Assembly (NCBI GenBank): GCA_964016885.1
Contig: OZ024744.1
Location: 28,644,001-28,708,000 of the forward strand
Direction: 5' to 3'
DNA from: Eledone cirrhosa
Taxonomy: Eukaryota
DNA length: 64,000 nucleotides
In this document: positions 24,384 to 37,594 of the stretch, piece by piece
Layout of the letters: each line of letters starts with the position of its first letter
How positions within the stretch are numbered: position 1 is the stretch's first letter
Position numbers and translations under genes: made by a program
The notes under the pieces: model-generated
Database searches by the model: none
What the model saw: only the letters and a program-made list of their open reading frames with translations
What the model was told of the DNA's origin: nothing

Positions 24384-25230
24384 GAGGTGTGTCAGAAAAG
24401 TTCCAAAACTGATGTCACAAAAGATTTATTTCAAACCCAAATTTCACACTAAGTGTTTTCTCCTTCAAAGTGATCCCCTTGGAGTCTAATGCACTTTTCC
24501 ATCCTTTTCTGCCACGCTTGCATACACTCCAGCAAGGATTATTTCGGGATCCTCCGAAGTTCCGTCGTCACGGCCTTTTTGATGTCGTCCACGTCTTCAA
24601 AACGGGTTCCCTCCAGCTCGTACTCGAAGATCCATGACTCATCCCCCTGATGACTGTCTCTAGCAAGTCTTGTTCAGTTTCAAGACGCTCGAGGATGTCC
24701 TGGCACACCTGCATGCGTCGATCCTTCTGGTCATCGTTCAGCAGTTTTGGCACCATCTTCGCGCAGACTTTCCACATGTCCAAAGCTTCAGTGAGAATCT
24801 TGCAGACGCTGTCCCGATTCATGTCCAGCTCATTTGCTATCAGTCGAACAGTAAGCCGACGATCGATAAGCACCATCTGCCAGACGCGCCCAACGTTGAC
24901 CTCAGTCCTGGTCGTTGGGGGCCTTCCGCTCCTGGGGTCATCTTTCACGTCCTCGGATCCTTCTTTAAAGCTCTTGCACCACTCAAAAACACGTGAGCGT
25001 GACATCGTCTCATCTCTGACAGAGTTTTTCCCAACCGTACGAGAAACTTCAAGTTTGTTCATTGCTCTGTGCTCATTGCTTGACGACCTGAAACAGAGGA
25101 CATGTATATAAAATTATGAAGAAAAAAGTTTCATCGCTGCAGAGAGTTAAGATTACAGTTACATACTCCAGGGGGATTACTTTGAAGGAGAACACTCTTA
25201 ATGTGAAGTTTGGGTTTTCTGACACAACTC

Positions 25231-25231
<1 letters not shown>
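24383..25231 (-). mobile_element. Mariner element, internal deletion derivative, in (TA)n
   Basis: TIRs CGAGGTGTGTCAGAAAA / TTTTCTGACACAACTCG with TA flanks. Confidence 0.9.
24455..25062 (-). pseudogene. Mariner transposase remnant
   Basis: HTH region VFEWCKSFKEG..DDPRSGRP, DRRLTVR, AKMVPKLL (WVPHEL-like); most of the DDD domain is deleted; C-terminal WQKRMEKCIRLQGDHFEG is in another frame. Confidence 0.85.
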
Positions 25232-25299
<68 letters not shown>

Positions 25300-25307
<8 letters not shown>

Positions 25308-25564
25308 AAGACAAACATAGAATATTCGAAAATATTCTGTATGTTTATAATAAACATTTCGAAGACCCAATCGCTATAGAATAGAATACGTCACGTATTA
25401 CAATTTGAGATTCTCGATAAAAGCAAGGGAAGTAACCTACGCGTTTCATTCTTATTAGAAATCATCGATTGGGTCTTCGAAATGTTTATTATAAACATAC
25501 AGAATATTTTCGAATATTCTATGTTTGTCTTCACATATATATCGCTATTTCAGAGCATTATATC

Positions 25565-25570
<6 letters not shown>
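25300..25570. mobile_element. Short fold-back element (about 75-bp inverted repeats plus one-sided tail) in (TA)n
   Basis: 25300-25373 is inverted at 25466-25540; tail atcgctatttcagagca is also at 13591. Confidence 0.75.
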
Positions 25571-25603
<33 letters not shown>

Positions 25604-26017
25604 TTTATGAAATGAACCTGAACTTTTTATTACAGAAATATAGTAAAAATGTACCTTGAAGATTACTGTTACATTCTTAAATTTAAGTTTATATTTGATC
25701 CATGCAATAGCTTTTATAGACTGCTGGTTTGCTTATATTGTGTAACTTTGTCAATGCTTGATATGTCTACTTTATGCTTAATTCCTTATGGCAGACCTTT
25801 TAATTTGCCTTTTTTATTTTTTATTTCCTCTATATCAGCCTATTTTTAATGCCTCTTGCTGCTGATTCTTAATAATATTTATATGATCGTGATGTTCATG
25901 TGATTCTTGCTTACCTCTCTTAAATGTATGTTAAAATCTATTATTTTAGCTTTCTTCCAATATATGGTATCCCGGGAATGTTCTTTAACAAAGTTATCTG
26001 TGTTCTAACATTTGATT

Positions 26018-26070
26018 TATATTCCAATGAAACCGGCCTTGTGCTTGGATGAAACGATCGTTAGTAATTA
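26018..26070 (+). ncRNA. Degenerate hammerhead motif
   Basis: att-CCAATGA-...-GAAAC-gatc-GTT-agt; core altered at positions 4 and 5, probably inactive. Confidence 0.45.
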
Positions 26071-26197
26071 AATGTTATTAAACACTCTTTGATTGTTATT
26101 TGTAAAGTATTCCGGCTTTGTATTATATTTGTTATTTTACATCGAGCTACTCTCATACTGGTAATTGGATAATATTAATATTACCCATATTATTTAC

Positions 26198-26272
<75 letters not shown>

Positions 26273-26325
26273 AGAGTATTGAAGTTTGCTTGAAGCATTG
26301 TGGAATAATAAGATTTATTATCTTT

Positions 26326-26833
26326 TGGTTGTTTTGGAAGCCTCAACAATGCAGATGGGTAATTCTCTGTGAAGAGAGAGATGTAAGGGAATGTAGAATG
26401 AGATGTAAAGTGTGGACAGGAACGTAGGAAAGAGTTTAAAAAATAAAAAAATAGTAACATGAGATAGTAACATGCCAACAGCAGAGGACACGTTCCATTC
26501 CTCTCCGACAGATAATCTCCCCCCCCCCCGGAAAACCCCCCCAGTTGATGGATGCGAATCCGAAATATAGGGACAATTAAATCTCTCCCAAGGTAATTGT
26601 AACTCGTGTTACTATTTTTATTTTTTAAGCTCTTTCCTACGTTCCCGTACACACTTTACATCTCATTCTACATTCCCTTATATCTCGTGTTATTTTTATT
26701 TTTACGCTCTTTCCTACGTTCCTCTACACACTATACATCACATTCTACACTCCCTTACATCTCTCTCTTTACCACCGGATCCTGTTACCCGGAGAATTAC
26801 CCATCTGCAATGTTGAGGCTTCCAAAACGACCA
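26326..26833. repeat. Inverted repeat element with internal 80-bp tandem duplication
   Basis: 26326-26463 is inverted at about 26603-26833; 26603-26685 is duplicated at 26683-26768. Confidence 0.7.
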
Positions 26834-27079
26834 TGTATATATAGGTTCCTGAGTTGTATCTGGAGGTAACCACGGTTAAAAATGTCCTCTATACTTTATA
26901 GAAGTGACTTCTACAGGAATAGAATTTCATTTGAATAGTATATATTGTATCTTTGGACTTGTAATCGTTTTATGGACATCTGTTGGTAAATATTGATGTT
27001 ATTTAATAGATTCCGAGGAGATGAAACAGCAACAGCAGCAACAACCATAATCAATAATACCATTTCAAGGAATATTCTA

Positions 27080-27230
27080 TAGTTGTGTAGCTGAGGGGTT
27101 TGTATCGCAACCAGGCGGCTCTGTGTTCAGACCCACTGCATGACACTTTGGGTGAAGTGTTTTGCTACAGCCTCCAGTTGATCAATGCCTGGAAAGTGCA
27201 ATTTGAAAAACAGTAACTGATAAAGCCATT
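27080..27230 (+). mobile_element. Second tRNA-derived SINE family, degraded
   Basis: gttgtgtagctgag...caacca...gttcagacccactgcatgacactttggg; minus-strand relative at about 53470-53525. Confidence 0.45.
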
Positions 27231-27377
27231 CAATAAATTTCAATTAAATTATATGTTTATAATAGAAAGGGAAAAAATAGCGAAAATAAGGGAAAACTAG
27301 GATGGAGCAGCAAACGCATTACTCCAGTCGAGGTAGGATGTCAAATCTGTGCCCACGGACAGAATGGCGAGAATCCC

Positions 27378-28262
27378 TACCTTCCTCAATCGACGTAATC
27401 ACCCCTTCCTTACTCAGTCGACGTCATCACCCCTTCCTTACTCATTCGATGTTATCACCCCTTCCTTCCTCAGTCGACGTCATCAACCCTTCCTTACTCA
27501 GTCGACGTCATCACCCCTTCCTTACTCAGTCGACATCATCACCCCTTCCTTACTCATTCGATGTTATCACCCCTTCCTTAGTCGACGTCATCAACCCTTC
27601 CTTACTCAGTCGACGTCATAACCCCTTCCTTACTCAGTCGACGTCATCACCTCTTCCTTACTCAGTCGACGTTATCACCCCTTCCTTCCTCAGTCGATGT
27701 TATCACGCCTTCCTTCCTCAGTCGACGTTATCACCCTTCCTTACTCAGTCGACGTAATCACCTCTTCCTTCCTCAGTCGATGTTATCACGCCTTCCTTCC
27801 TCAGTCGACGTTATCACCCTTCCTTACTCAGGCGACGTCATCACACCTTCCTTCCTCAGTTAACGTCATCAACCCTTCCTTTCTCAGTCGACGTCATCAC
27901 TCCTTCCTTCCTCAGTCGACGTAATGATCCCTTCCTTCCTCAATCGACGTAATACCCCTTCCTTCCTCAGTCGACGTTACCACCCCTTCTTTCCTCAGTC
28001 AACGTTATCACGGCTTCCTTCCTCAGTCGACGTAATCAGTACTTCCTTCCTTAATCGACGCAATCACATCTTCCTTCCTCAGTCAACGTCATCACCCCTT
28101 CCTACCTCAGTCGACGTATCACCCCTTCCTCCCCCATTCAACGTCATCAACTCTTCCTTCCTCAGTCGACGTCATCACCCCTTCCTTCATCATTCTACGT
28201 TATCCACCTTCCTTCCTCAGTCGACGTAATCACCCCTTCCTTCCTCAATCGACGTAATCCCC
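27378..28262 (-). repeat. 28-bp minisatellite, about 31 diverged units, opposite orientation to the 23.7-kb array
   Basis: Unit ATCACCCCTTCCTTCCTCAGTCGACGTC and variants. Confidence 0.95.
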
Positions 28263-28306
28263 CTAATTAGAGAAAAACGTAATCCCTCTAATTAGAGAAA
28301 AACACA

Positions 28307-29365
28307 ATGGAAAACATCCAGCAAATAGCTAACACCATCCACCAGAGTATTAGAGTTACTACAGACTACCCAAACAAACACCCCAACCATCGATTACCTG
28401 TACTAGACACAGAACTCTGGTTAGATACCATCAATAACAAAAGCCAAATCCTCCATTCCCATTATACCAAACCCATGACTTCCAAATACCTGATCCACCG
28501 AAACTCAGCTGTTTCGGACCATACCAAAATCAACATACTGATTGCGGATTTGGTACGGGTGATGAGAAACGTGTCCCGCATGTGCAACCTTGAAGAACTA
28601 GAGAGACACATACAACACTTCATCCACCGTATGCAGTTCTCTGGTTACAATCAGAGAGATAAAATCAGAGTATATAGAGGAGCCAGAACCAAATGGGGAA
28701 AAATGGTAAATAACGACACAAATGGGACCTGCCTCTTGTATAGGAGCAAATTTTGGAATAGAATAGAAAGAACCAGGAATAAGGCTAATAGAATAAACTC
28801 ATGGTATGATAGCAATAAATCCCAGAGTGTAATGTTCATCGATACAACCCCTAGAGGTGAATTAGCTTACAAGTTTAGAAGGGCCCTAGATAAACATAAA
28901 CTCAATATTAAGATAGTAGAAAGACCAGGTACCTCCATAAAAACACTTATTAGCAATACATACCCTTTTCAAAGACCTCCCTGTATAGATAAGAAATGTA
29001 TAATCTGTAAATTAAGCCCCCATATTAACTGTAAAACTAGAAATGTAGTATATAGCATAAAATGTACTGAAGGACAATGTAGAGATAACAATATAGTGTA
29101 CATAGGTGAGACAGCTCGTAGTATAGGGGAACGGATAAATGAACACTGGCGAGACCTTCAAGATATTAAAGAATCATCTGTACTCTACCAACATGCTAAA
29201 ATAGAACATAAGGGTAAATTAGAGAACATAGAAATAAAAATAGAATCTACACACAGAAAAGACGCAATGTTTAGACAAATCACAGAGGCAATAAACATAA
29301 ATGATCTCCAACCAAAATTAAATAGAAAACATGAATGGAACAACAACATCACAACTTACAATTAA
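28307..29365 (+). CDS. PLE RT thumb plus GIY-YIG endonuclease (N-truncated)
   Basis: LPVLDTELW, HYTKPM, SGY, C..C..C, RNVVYSIKC, YIGETARS..ERINEH, H...EH, EAI.I....PKLNRKHE. Confidence 0.85.
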   Translation: MENIQQIANTIHQSIRVTTDYPNKHPNHRLPVLDTELWLDTINNKSQILHSHYTKPMTSKYLIHRNSAVSDHTKINILIADLVRVMRNVSRMCNLEELERHIQHFIHRMQFSGYNQRDKIRVYRGARTKWGKMVNNDTNGTCLLYRSKFWNRIERTRNKANRINSWYDSNKSQSVMFIDTTPRGELAYKFRRALDKHKLNIKIVERPGTSIKTLISNTYPFQRPPCIDKKCIICKLSPHINCKTRNVVYSIKCTEGQCRDNNIVYIGETARSIGERINEHWRDLQDIKESSVLYQHAKIEHKGKLENIEIKIESTHRKDAMFRQITEAININDLQPKLNRKHEWNNNITTYN

Positions 29366-29564
29366 GGACAAAATGAAAACACACACGCACATAGAAGAAA
29401 CAACCAACCAGTAACATGTAAATAAACAAATAAATAAACGAATATAAACACACAAAGACACCCGGATGTAACACATGCGCAAACTAAGCACACAACACAC
29501 ACACAAACAAGATGGCGTAGGACAGAACAAAGGAGTGGCACAAAAACAAAGAAAATAATCCCCA

Positions 29565-29607
29565 GTCACTGAAGAGGTCACATAATGTGTGACGAAAGAA
29601 CTTTGAC
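29565..29607 (+). ncRNA. Minimal hammerhead ribozyme in Neptune pLTR
   Basis: gtca-CTGAAGA-ggtcacat aat gtgtgac-GAAAG-aa-CTT-tgac. Confidence 0.75.
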
Positions 29608-29819
29608 AATATATAAACAATCATCTGGTTGTGGAACCAACCAACCAACCAACCAGAAATTTATAAATTCCTAAATTGATAAATTTATTATAATAAATTG
29701 GAGTGAAAGCAACTGGTGCGTATGTTTCTTATTGGCAACATGACCCTCCCAAAGTATAACAATATCGGTTTCAACACACGTTTTCAGATAAAGAATCTTG
29801 ATAAATAAATTCAGAAACG

Positions 29820-29904
<85 letters not shown>

Positions 29905-31165
29905 TATGTATACGTACATACATATATGTATACAGACGTACGAAGTATGTATATATATATATACATACATGCACACATATATATATGTACGTATGGATTC
30001 ACCGAACATTTATTATAATGCTCGGTGTGTTTGTAAACAAACATCCCGTATTAAGCCGTACAGTGTTTAGCAAGCATCGTTGCTCATTGGTTCAACACTG
30101 ACAAAGGAACGCTGTACTAGTTTCAAGCTTATTAGATATCGTACTTATCATACTTAAGTAACAGCCGTACTAAGAGTGAGAAATGAAATCTCGTTTCATT
30201 TTTCCGTTTATCGTTTATCGTTTATCGTTTATCGTTTATCGTTTACCGATTAACTCACTCGATATGCAAATTAGGCTGCTCAGCCGTTAATATGCATAAC
30301 AAAGTATATACTTTCAGACGTTCAATCATCTGGCTGGCAGGTATACGTAGTTTGGAGGGGTGTGATGTGGTTAGATCTACTGGGGCATAGTGGGGTATGG
30401 GGTGGAGTAATGTGGTGGGATGTGGGTTAGTGCGGTGTTTGGTGAGGTAGGGTCTGGGGGGTGGGATGGGGTGAAGTTACTGACCTTATAATTTTTCTCT
30501 TTATATTCCTTTCTCTTTAATCGTGTCTTAGTCTGAATTAATTACCTATTAGATGAATAATCAGAGTTATCCCCCTTTCATTCACCTCATAAGTACGACG
30601 TCATTTCTTTAACAAATAAATCATCATCAATTAATGTACACAGAGATCACATAAGTACAACGTTATTTCTGTAACAACTAAGACGTCATCAATTGATGTA
30701 CACAGAGTTTAGTGGCACTAAATAAAGCAAAATGCTCTAAGCCAGTATTATTTTAATTTAATTTTAGTGGTATGTAGACTGTATTTGTATTTTTATCTTT
30801 ATTTTTGTATCTATTCCATTTCATCTCTGATTATATATTTGTTTTTTACCATATTTAGAAAACATGCTAAGATATTTAGGGTATTTAACAACTTGTACAC
30901 GAGTGTTGATTTCCGTTTGTTTTGTTTAGACTCGTTGGCTGTGCTGATCGTTTTTGCTGCGACCTGAAGTTCTATTCACATGTTGGTGACAGAATCGTGT
31001 GTGCAGAATTGGCTTGAAATGATTCTTGAACAATTTTTTAATGTTGACCTGTGATTTTCTGCATGGAGTGGTTGTTTATTGTAGTAATCCAGCATGGATT
31101 TTCTTGAGTTATGATGTAATTGTTACGCTTAATATACTACTACGTATATTTTTAACCCGGGAGCA

Positions 31166-31230
<65 letters not shown>

Positions 31231-31997
31231 ATATATGTATATATATATAATATATTAGATATGTAAACAATTAGTCCTGCTTGTATTGCTAATTGTGCAT
31301 GAATATTAACTTTGCCAATTATTTTATAACAACTAATATATCGACACTGCTTAAATTCTATCACACACTAACCTAAACCTGCTTATGCATGGCTTCTTTT
31401 TATGCCTCGAATGTATTTACTTGTTTCACTCAGCAATACCATATATTAACCACATTTACTTGAGTGAGGCCTGTGCCTTTGTGATACCTTTCTATATACT
31501 TGTGAACACCAATTGGCTACCTGGTTCGGGTTCCTACTGAAATACCTTGTGTATGTATAGTATGATGGTCATTCGAATTACTGTGGTCCTTTGTGATGCC
31601 AAAAAGATCTCTTCACGCCTGTATATAGACTACTGACATTCTACTCGCTTGTGTTGCTAGCAACTGCACTTGTAATAACTTGCTTTCTCTAAGAGCTCAT
31701 AACATATCACTTTTTCTCAAATTATTAAATATTTTTAATTCTTTTTAATTTAATTTTATCTTATTATTATATTATTTTATTATTTTATTATCATTTATTA
31801 TTATTTTATTATATTTTTTTATATTAATTTATTGTATTTTAATTTATTTTTAGTATATTTTTTATTTAATTATTTTACTTTATTTTATTTTTTTTCATTT
31901 TATTTTATTATATTATCTCTATTATTATTTTTTATCTTTATTTTTATATTTTTTATTACTTTAATATAACATTTACTTTAACATTTACCTTTATTTC

Positions 31998-32112
31998 TTT
32001 ATGTATTGTTTTATGTATTTTTATGTATTTTTATGTATTTTTATGTATTTCTTATGTATTTTTATGTATTTCTTATGTATTTTTATGCATTTTTATGTAT
32101 TTATTATGTACT
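31998..32112. repeat. 10-bp tandem repeat (TTATGTATTT)n
   Basis: Direct. Confidence 0.8.
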
Positions 32113-32328
32113 TTTTAATGCTTTCATACATTTTGATTTTACATTCTACATTTTTGAGTGCCGTCTACTGTGTCTTCATCTTGTTAAATCCAATTGTACC
32201 TTGGTATTTTACAGTGATGCTTATTAACCACAGCATGAACCTCTTTGTTAGCCATCTCCAATCCCCATATTATTTTTTCTGCTTGTTCGTATGACTAAGT
32301 TATTGTGGAGCTTATACTCAACACGGTA

Positions 32329-32388
32329 TTTGTTGAGCTCTGATGATTCCTGCCTAAAGGTGAGGATGAAACCTTGTTAGTCAATAAA
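32329..32388 (+). ncRNA. Type I hammerhead ribozyme
   Basis: tttgttga(g)ct-CTGATGA-ttcct gcct aa aggt gaggat-GAAAC-ctt-GTT-agtcaataaa; lies at the end of a long T-rich UTR-like tract. Confidence 0.7.
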
Positions 32389-32524
32389 GACTGTTTGAGT
32401 ATGTAAGCGTTCTTTGGTTTCTTTTGCATATTACGGCTCTTTCTATGTACATTGAGCTAACACAATACTGCAATACTGCAATACAGTGAGTAGGTGATTA
32501 TGCACATACGCTCCGAACTTTATG

Positions 32525-32629
<105 letters not shown>

Positions 32630-33053
32630 TTATTTAATATATGTTTAAAATATATATTTAATTATATATTTAATTATATATTTAAAAGTGAATGTGTGTT
32701 TGCGTGTATGTTTACTATTTGTTTATGTCCCAGTAATCAAGCATTTCGACAAATAAGGAACAATAAAATAAATACCAGATATGAAAATAGTTCTGGGGTC
32801 GACATATTCATCTAAAAAGACTTGAATGATCTACCACACCAAAATAGCTTTACAATAGAAACATATATGATGGTATGTATCTCTATTTAAAAGTCTAAAG
32901 TGTGTCTTAAGCCAGTGCTTTTCCCGGTTTCATGTCGTGAAGCGACAGAGAGTACAAGTCTCCATCCTTGCAGGGTTGAACCCCCAGTTATTGCTGGTAA
33001 TCATTTTCAGCTAAGTATACTGGAGCTATGCGAAATGAAGTGCTTGCTCTAGA

Positions 33054-33085
<32 letters not shown>

Positions 33086-33181
33086 GGAGTGTAACTTGGA
33101 GTTACTGCAGGTTCACCCGGGTGAGCACTCGATGTTTAGGTTCAATTCTGTGTTGAGGTGTAAAGCTATATAGAGTGTAAT

Positions 33182-33330
33182 ATATTGAAAGGATAACAAG
33201 GACGATTGGTTACTCCTGATAAGATCGATACAGATCGAACCTTGAGCTGATCAGTGGCGAAACGCGCGTCACCTATCAATAAATGTAATGAAGGAGTAAC
33301 CAATCGTCCTTGTTATCTTTTCAAATGTAT
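33182..33330 (+). mobile_element. Short fold-back PLE remnant with HHR remnant
   Basis: About 30-bp inverted repeat (33188-33217 vs 33292-33322) enclosing CTGATAA...GAAAC-GCGC-GTC. Confidence 0.6.
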
Positions 33331-33386
33331 ATATATATATATATTGATATATATATATAAATTCTGCGAGAATCGTATTTCGGCGG

Positions 33387-33432
<46 letters not shown>

Positions 33433-34265
33433 GTCTAAATGTGTGTGTATTTCTGTGCGTGTATTTATACTTGGTGACTTGTGTGTATGAATATATATAC
33501 ATATATATACAAGTGTGTGTATGTGTGTGTATTTATACTTGTAATTTTGTGTGCATGAATATATACAAATAAATATAATATACACACATATATGCACACG
33601 TATGGGTATATGTGTGTATTAATATATATAAACATATAAAATATACATATATATGCTCACATATATACATATATGCGTGTCTCCATGTGTGTATGCTTCT
33701 ACACAAGTTGATATATAAATATAAACAATATATACACGCACACATACACATATGTATGTGCGTGTGTGCGTGCATGTGCGTGCCTGTATGTGCATGCATG
33801 TGCATGCCTATGTGTACGTGTGCGTGCGTGTGTGTGCTTGTAAGTGCGTGTAAGTGTAATTTCGTGTGTGTGTATTTACGAGCGTGTATGTGTTTACGAG
33901 CGTGTATGTGCGTGTAAATGCATGTGCGTGTATGTGCGTGTGCGGATATGTGCGTGTATGTGCGCGTGTGTATCTAATCACGGGCACACAACATATACGC
34001 ATGCATATGTTAATAGAAAGAGCCAAAGAGAAGCCTCATGTGGATATGTGAAAGAAAAGATTTAGAAGTGAGCCAGACACACAGACAAAGGGAAGACATT
34101 GTTAGCGATATATTACATCGAAAGACAACTAGGAAGAAAAACTTGCTGTGCATGACAAGGGAGGTAAATCACGCGTGCCTAATTCCAACTACGGTTTCCA
34201 TATGATTTCTACGTATATCTTCATTTCACTTTATTTTTGTTAATGTTGAAATAAATAAATAAATT

Positions 34266-34300
<35 letters not shown>

Positions 34301-34303
<3 letters not shown>

Positions 34304-34500
34304 ACAAAGAAAGTGTGGTAAGATACCAGGCGGACATTAACGCACCAAAGTACTCGATACTTAGTGTAGTAGAGTGAGCAATAGGAAAAGAGTCAGAACC
34401 CCGCCGGCTGAACTCCGGCCGTTTCAACAGCTAGATCCGAACGGATCTGACTGTTGAAATGGCCGGACTCAGCCATCGGGGTCCTGACTCTTTTCCTATA
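34301..34500 (-). mobile_element. Fold-back solo pLTR related to the 49.6-kb Naiad pLTR
   Basis: Hairpin 34381-34499 centred on gatccg-aa-cggatc; 34301-34425 aligns with 49631-49755. Confidence 0.7.
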
Positions 34501-34583
34501 TACATATAATTTTCATATATTAGAATCTTATTTCTCGCCCTAGCACACCTGATACATAAATGTAAGTATGCATACGTACACAC

Positions 34584-34631
<48 letters not shown>

Positions 34632-34634
<3 letters not shown>

Positions 34635-35915
34635 TTGTGCCTGGAAAAATTACAACAAATGCCCTCTTCTTAGTGAGACAACTACAAGAGAGGTTCTTAG
34701 AGAAGAATAAGCCACTATATTTAGCTTTTGATGACCTTGGGAAGGCCTTTGATAGAGTACCCCGATCTGTCATCTGGTGGTCCCTAAGGAAACTAGGTGT
34801 AGAGGAATGGCTTGTAAGTACAGTGCAAACTTTGTACAGAGGATCTGTTAGTAAAGTGAGAATAGTAATGGAGTTTAGTGAGGAATTCCAGATACAAGTA
34901 GGAGTGCATTAACGTTCGGTCCTCAGCCCGCTCTTGTTCATTATAGTCCTCCAAGCCATGACAGAGGAGTTTAAGACTGGCTGTCCATGGGAGCTTCTCT
35001 ATGCTGACGATCTGGTTCTTATAGCAGAATCAGTAGAGGAGCTAGAGAATGAATTCTGGCTATGGAAACAGCAGTTGGAATCAAGAGGACTGAGAGTGAA
35101 CCTAGCTAAGACTAAAGTGTTGATAAGTAGAAAAGAAGACAAAACTCTGATTCCACCAGGGAAATGGTCATGTTCAATATGTAGAAAAGGAGTTGGAATA
35201 AACTCTATAGAATGTACACAATGCAGATCTTGGGTACACAAGAGGTGTAGTGGGATAACAGGCAAACTAACAGGAAGGGAAAACTTCATATGTAGATGTT
35301 CAGGGAAAATTGATAGTAGAAGTGTCAGTGATAGGCACATTTTTCAAATGCAGGTAGTATCTATAGAGGTGGTTGATAGCTTCCGATACCTAACTGATCA
35401 GATTAACAAGGGAGGAGGATGCTCCGACGCTATAGTATCTAGAATAAGGACGGGTTGGAGGAAGTTTAAGATACCTGTGTGAGATCCTCGATGGATCCAG
35501 TTAGTGAGACATGGGCAGCAACTGTGGGGGATATGTGAAGGATGGAGAGAAAGGAAGCAAGCATGCTCCGATGGATGTGCGATGTCAATGTGTGTGAACG
35601 ACCACGCATGGATGAGTTGACAGTGAAACTGTGTATAAGAGGGATAAACTCTAGTGTGCAGGAGAGAAGACTACGTTGGTATGGCCATGTCATGCGTATG
35701 GAAGAAGACCGCTGGGTAAAGAAATCCCAGTGGAAGTAAGACACAGTAGAAGAAGACCACGAAAAACATGGGCAGAGGTGGTGAGAGCTGACCTCAGGTC
35801 GCTTAAGCTCACAGAGGAGATGACAAAGGACCGTGATGAATGGAGAGAATCTGTGCTGAAGAGGACCCGCCCCAGCCTTGCAAGCAGGGGAAAATGGACA
35901 TAAAATGATGATGAT
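34632..35915 (+). pseudogene. RTE-clade LINE, 5'-truncated and decayed
   Basis: DLGKAFDRVP, GVH*RSVLSP, LLYADDL, Cys/His finger, RRLRWYGHVMRM, GRPRKTW-like motif; short (ATG)n tail. Confidence 0.85.
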
Positions 35916-36250
35916 ATATATACACATACATACATGTACGTATGGGTTATATCGAGCATTAATTATAATATATGATTCGCTTGTAAACAAACGGCCTCAT
36001 TTGAAGCTGTGCCGTGCCGATGACCAATCAACTCTGGCATTGAGGAACAATCATGTTTCTGGGTCATTATCCTTCATCAGGACTGCCAATCTGTTGAACA
36101 GTTGAAAATATATAGTATTTTCATGAGTACACATCGGTTGAATAGCCTCATTTGTATACCGAGCGAGTTACGGCTGGCCTTGCCGAAAACTATGTCGAAA
36201 ATAAAAATGTTATTTCTCGCCGTAGCACAGCTGATACATAAATGTGATTA

Positions 36251-36355
<105 letters not shown>

Positions 36356-36540
36356 GCATATATGCATGTGTATTGAATAAACGGATGACAATTTGTCATC
36401 GGCATGACAGCTTTAATCGGGCTGTTTGTTTACCAACGAATCGATTATTATTGTTATTGCTCGATTCAACCCATACGTACATGTGTATATGTATATGTGT
36501 GTGTCTGTGTGTGTGTGTGTGTGAGTACGTATGCATACTT

Positions 36541-36580
<40 letters not shown>

Positions 36581-37323
36581 GCAAAAAAAAATAGGAAAAA
36601 AAATAATGAAAAATAACGAAAATAAAATATAATGAGACTAAACGAAGTACAGTGAAGTGAATTGACTTAGGAAAATTTGAAATTCTAAATGTGTGCGTCC
36701 CAGCTCAAATGATCATAAGAAATGTCGAATACGATAAATAATAGTTGAGAAATGCCAGGCAAGGTACTCAGAGAGACTCATGAAGAGAGGATATTTGTGC
36801 ATTTCAGATTTTAAACAAACCAGACATATGTTGCAACTTCAATGTTTCATCCGTGACTAAAAACAAATAACATAAAACACACACACACACACATACATGC
36901 ATATACACACACATACACACACAGTTATATTGGTATATATTTAACTATTTAGTCATTTAATTGTTTCGGGGAGATTCAGATCGTGGCCATGCTGAGGCAC
37001 AATCTTGATTTAATTAAATTTACGACTCTACTTATTTATTTATTTTCATTTTGAAGCCTTGTAATTATTTTATGAAACTCAACTCAATCTCACAGGTCCA
37101 AGTGTAAATGCCACACAGAAACACACACATACACACGCACACACGCAGACACACACACATATGGTATCATTTGTATCAAAATCTATTCTGTTCCAAATAA
37201 CTTTTAATACAAATGTTTTAGAGAACGATATTCTTTTAAATATGTTTTTAACTTTTATTCATTTTGATATTTTGATAAATAATATATATTATTTGTTGAA
37301 AGATTTGTATTGGTATTTTAATT

Positions 37324-37424
37324 AAACTCTGATAAGCCTATAGTCTATGGTAACTGATGAAAAATTGCTAAAAAAAATAATTTGCTATCTATGGTATATT
37401 GTTGTGGGAAGAAACAGTTATCAG
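37324..37424 (+). ncRNA. Degenerate hammerhead motif
   Basis: act-CTGATAA-gcctatag...ttgtggg aa-GAAAC-agtt-ATC-agt; same downstream tail as the 26.0 and 32.3 kb motifs. Confidence 0.4.
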
Positions 37425-37594
37425 TGATTTCATGTCTTGAACTTTTAATTTTTGTTTTGTAAACAAATTGTAAATATATAACGGCTCTGCATGATCCTAT
37501 TATTGTTGCATTGAGTTAAAATACACCTAGTAAATGAGTATAATTTACTATCATTAATATTACAATTACTATTACTATTATATATATAATTAGA

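Larger units (their letters stand above)
28293..29823 (+). mobile_element. 5'-truncated Neptune-type PLE with 3' pLTR, ending at (TA)n
   Basis: ORF plus 3' UTR is closely similar to the minus-strand copy at 38618-40125. Confidence 0.85.

Noticed and set aside
23657-28262. CRISPR-like arrays of 28-bp repeats
   Set aside because: Units are contiguous with no unique spacers, there are no cas genes and the context is eukaryotic.
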